Assembly: GCA_964019425.1 (NCBI GenBank)
Contig: OZ025784.1
Span: 1,426,001 to 1,490,000 of the forward strand
Reading direction: 5' to 3'
From: Flectonema sp. DT1601
Lineage: Eukaryota
Length of the DNA stretch: 64,000 bases
In this document: positions 63,159 through 64,000 of the stretch, one piece after another
How positions within the stretch are numbered: position 1 is the first letter of the stretch
How the letters are laid out: every line of letters starts with the position of its first letter
Position numbers and translations under genes: made by a program
The notes under the pieces: generated by a model
What the model saw: the letters and a program-made list of their open reading frames with translations, nothing else
What the model was told of the DNA's origin: nothing
The model's database searches: none

Positions 63159-63869
63159 TTGTTTTAGTTTCTTGAGTGTCTTTTTTTTTTTTTTTTTTTT
63201 TTTGTTTCCCGTCTCTTCCTTGGTGAGTATTTTTTTTTAGGGAAAAAAAATATATAGGAGGGGGGAGGGAGGGGAGAAAACCAGCAGAAAGAATGAAAAC
63301 AACAACCACGTTTGGTCAAAGACTAATACTACTACATATCTAACTCATGTAAATTAGGGTAAGTTAATTACAGGGGATCTAACAATGTGTGAGTGGTACT
63401 TTTCACAGGCCAGTTAACCTTTTTAATTTCAGTCTGCTTGACAAGTTTATCTGCCGCAATCTGAATTTTCGTAACATATTTTTTTTAATTGTAGTTATTT
63501 TTAGTGTCCAAAACTCAAAGAAAAAAAAAAGTGTTCATCACAAGTTGTGGTGTATTGGTTGGTAAATTAAATGTGTTTGGGGGTCTTTAATTTATTTCTT
63601 TCTCCTCAGCCTTCACTTCACTGATTTTCTCAGCATAACTATCGTTTTTTTTTTCATCTCGAAGACATGGTTTACGATCGAAAGAGAATTGTGAATTGTG
63701 GCAGCGTAACGTTAACACCCTTTTACTTTATAGGCTTTGTTTCCGGTTGCGCACAAACAAAAACAAAAGTGTGAGAATTATTTAGTGAGGTGCCGATTCT
63801 TTTTTTTTTTTTTTTTTTTTTTTCTTTTTGCGAAGACATTCCTCAATTTATTCCAAAGAAGCAGGTCAT

Positions 63870-64000
63870 ATGTTGGCCGCCAATTCTGATGCGGTCAGCA
63901 ATTGGCTACGACAGCAAAAGGCTGCCGGAGGCGGAGAGATAACATCATCTTGGGAGGATGGAGTTGAAGCAAGTAGTAGTGAGAACTTAAGCACAGTTGA
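63870..64000 (+). CDS. Possible start of the next gene (3'-partial)
   Basis: ATG follows a T-tract and AG; the frame stays open to the window end (MLAANSDAVSNWLRQQ...). Confidence 0.4.
   Translation, partial: MLAANSDAVSNWLRQQKAAGGGEITSSWEDGVEASSSENLSTV

Overview
AT-rich eukaryotic DNA, most likely a euglenozoan and plausibly a diplonemid (inference). All credible host protein genes (about 20) lie on the + strand, as in a polycistronic gene cluster. Most starts follow a pyrimidine-rich AG (putative spliced-leader acceptor), and about 25 mostly short GT-AG cis-introns have a GTDYG donor and an A/C-rich 3' end with no polypyrimidine tract. Recognisable genes: a DUF4795-like coiled-coil protein, three ubiquitin-like+LRR genes, an S8 subtilase with EGF-like repeats and a TM helix, a FUN14-like protein, a NAP/SET histone chaperone, two tandem GH2 beta-glucuronidase-like genes (the second has Ala at the catalytic acid/base Glu), a 7TM+ankyrin protein, VPS52, CCT3, a giant coiled-coil/PDZ protein, a Nup62/Nsp1-like nucleoporin and two near-identical PP1 genes. 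Non-genic content: a 1.78-kb Sola-like DNA transposon with ~180-bp TIRs nested in a ~135-bp hairpin/asymmetric-IR repeat (3 copies), two isolated LSU rRNA fragments, a DUS3 gene fragment, an intronic (ACA)~400 microsatellite, an intronic 186-bp satellite and two fold-back hairpin insertions. All calls were made by eye from the sequence; no database searches were run.
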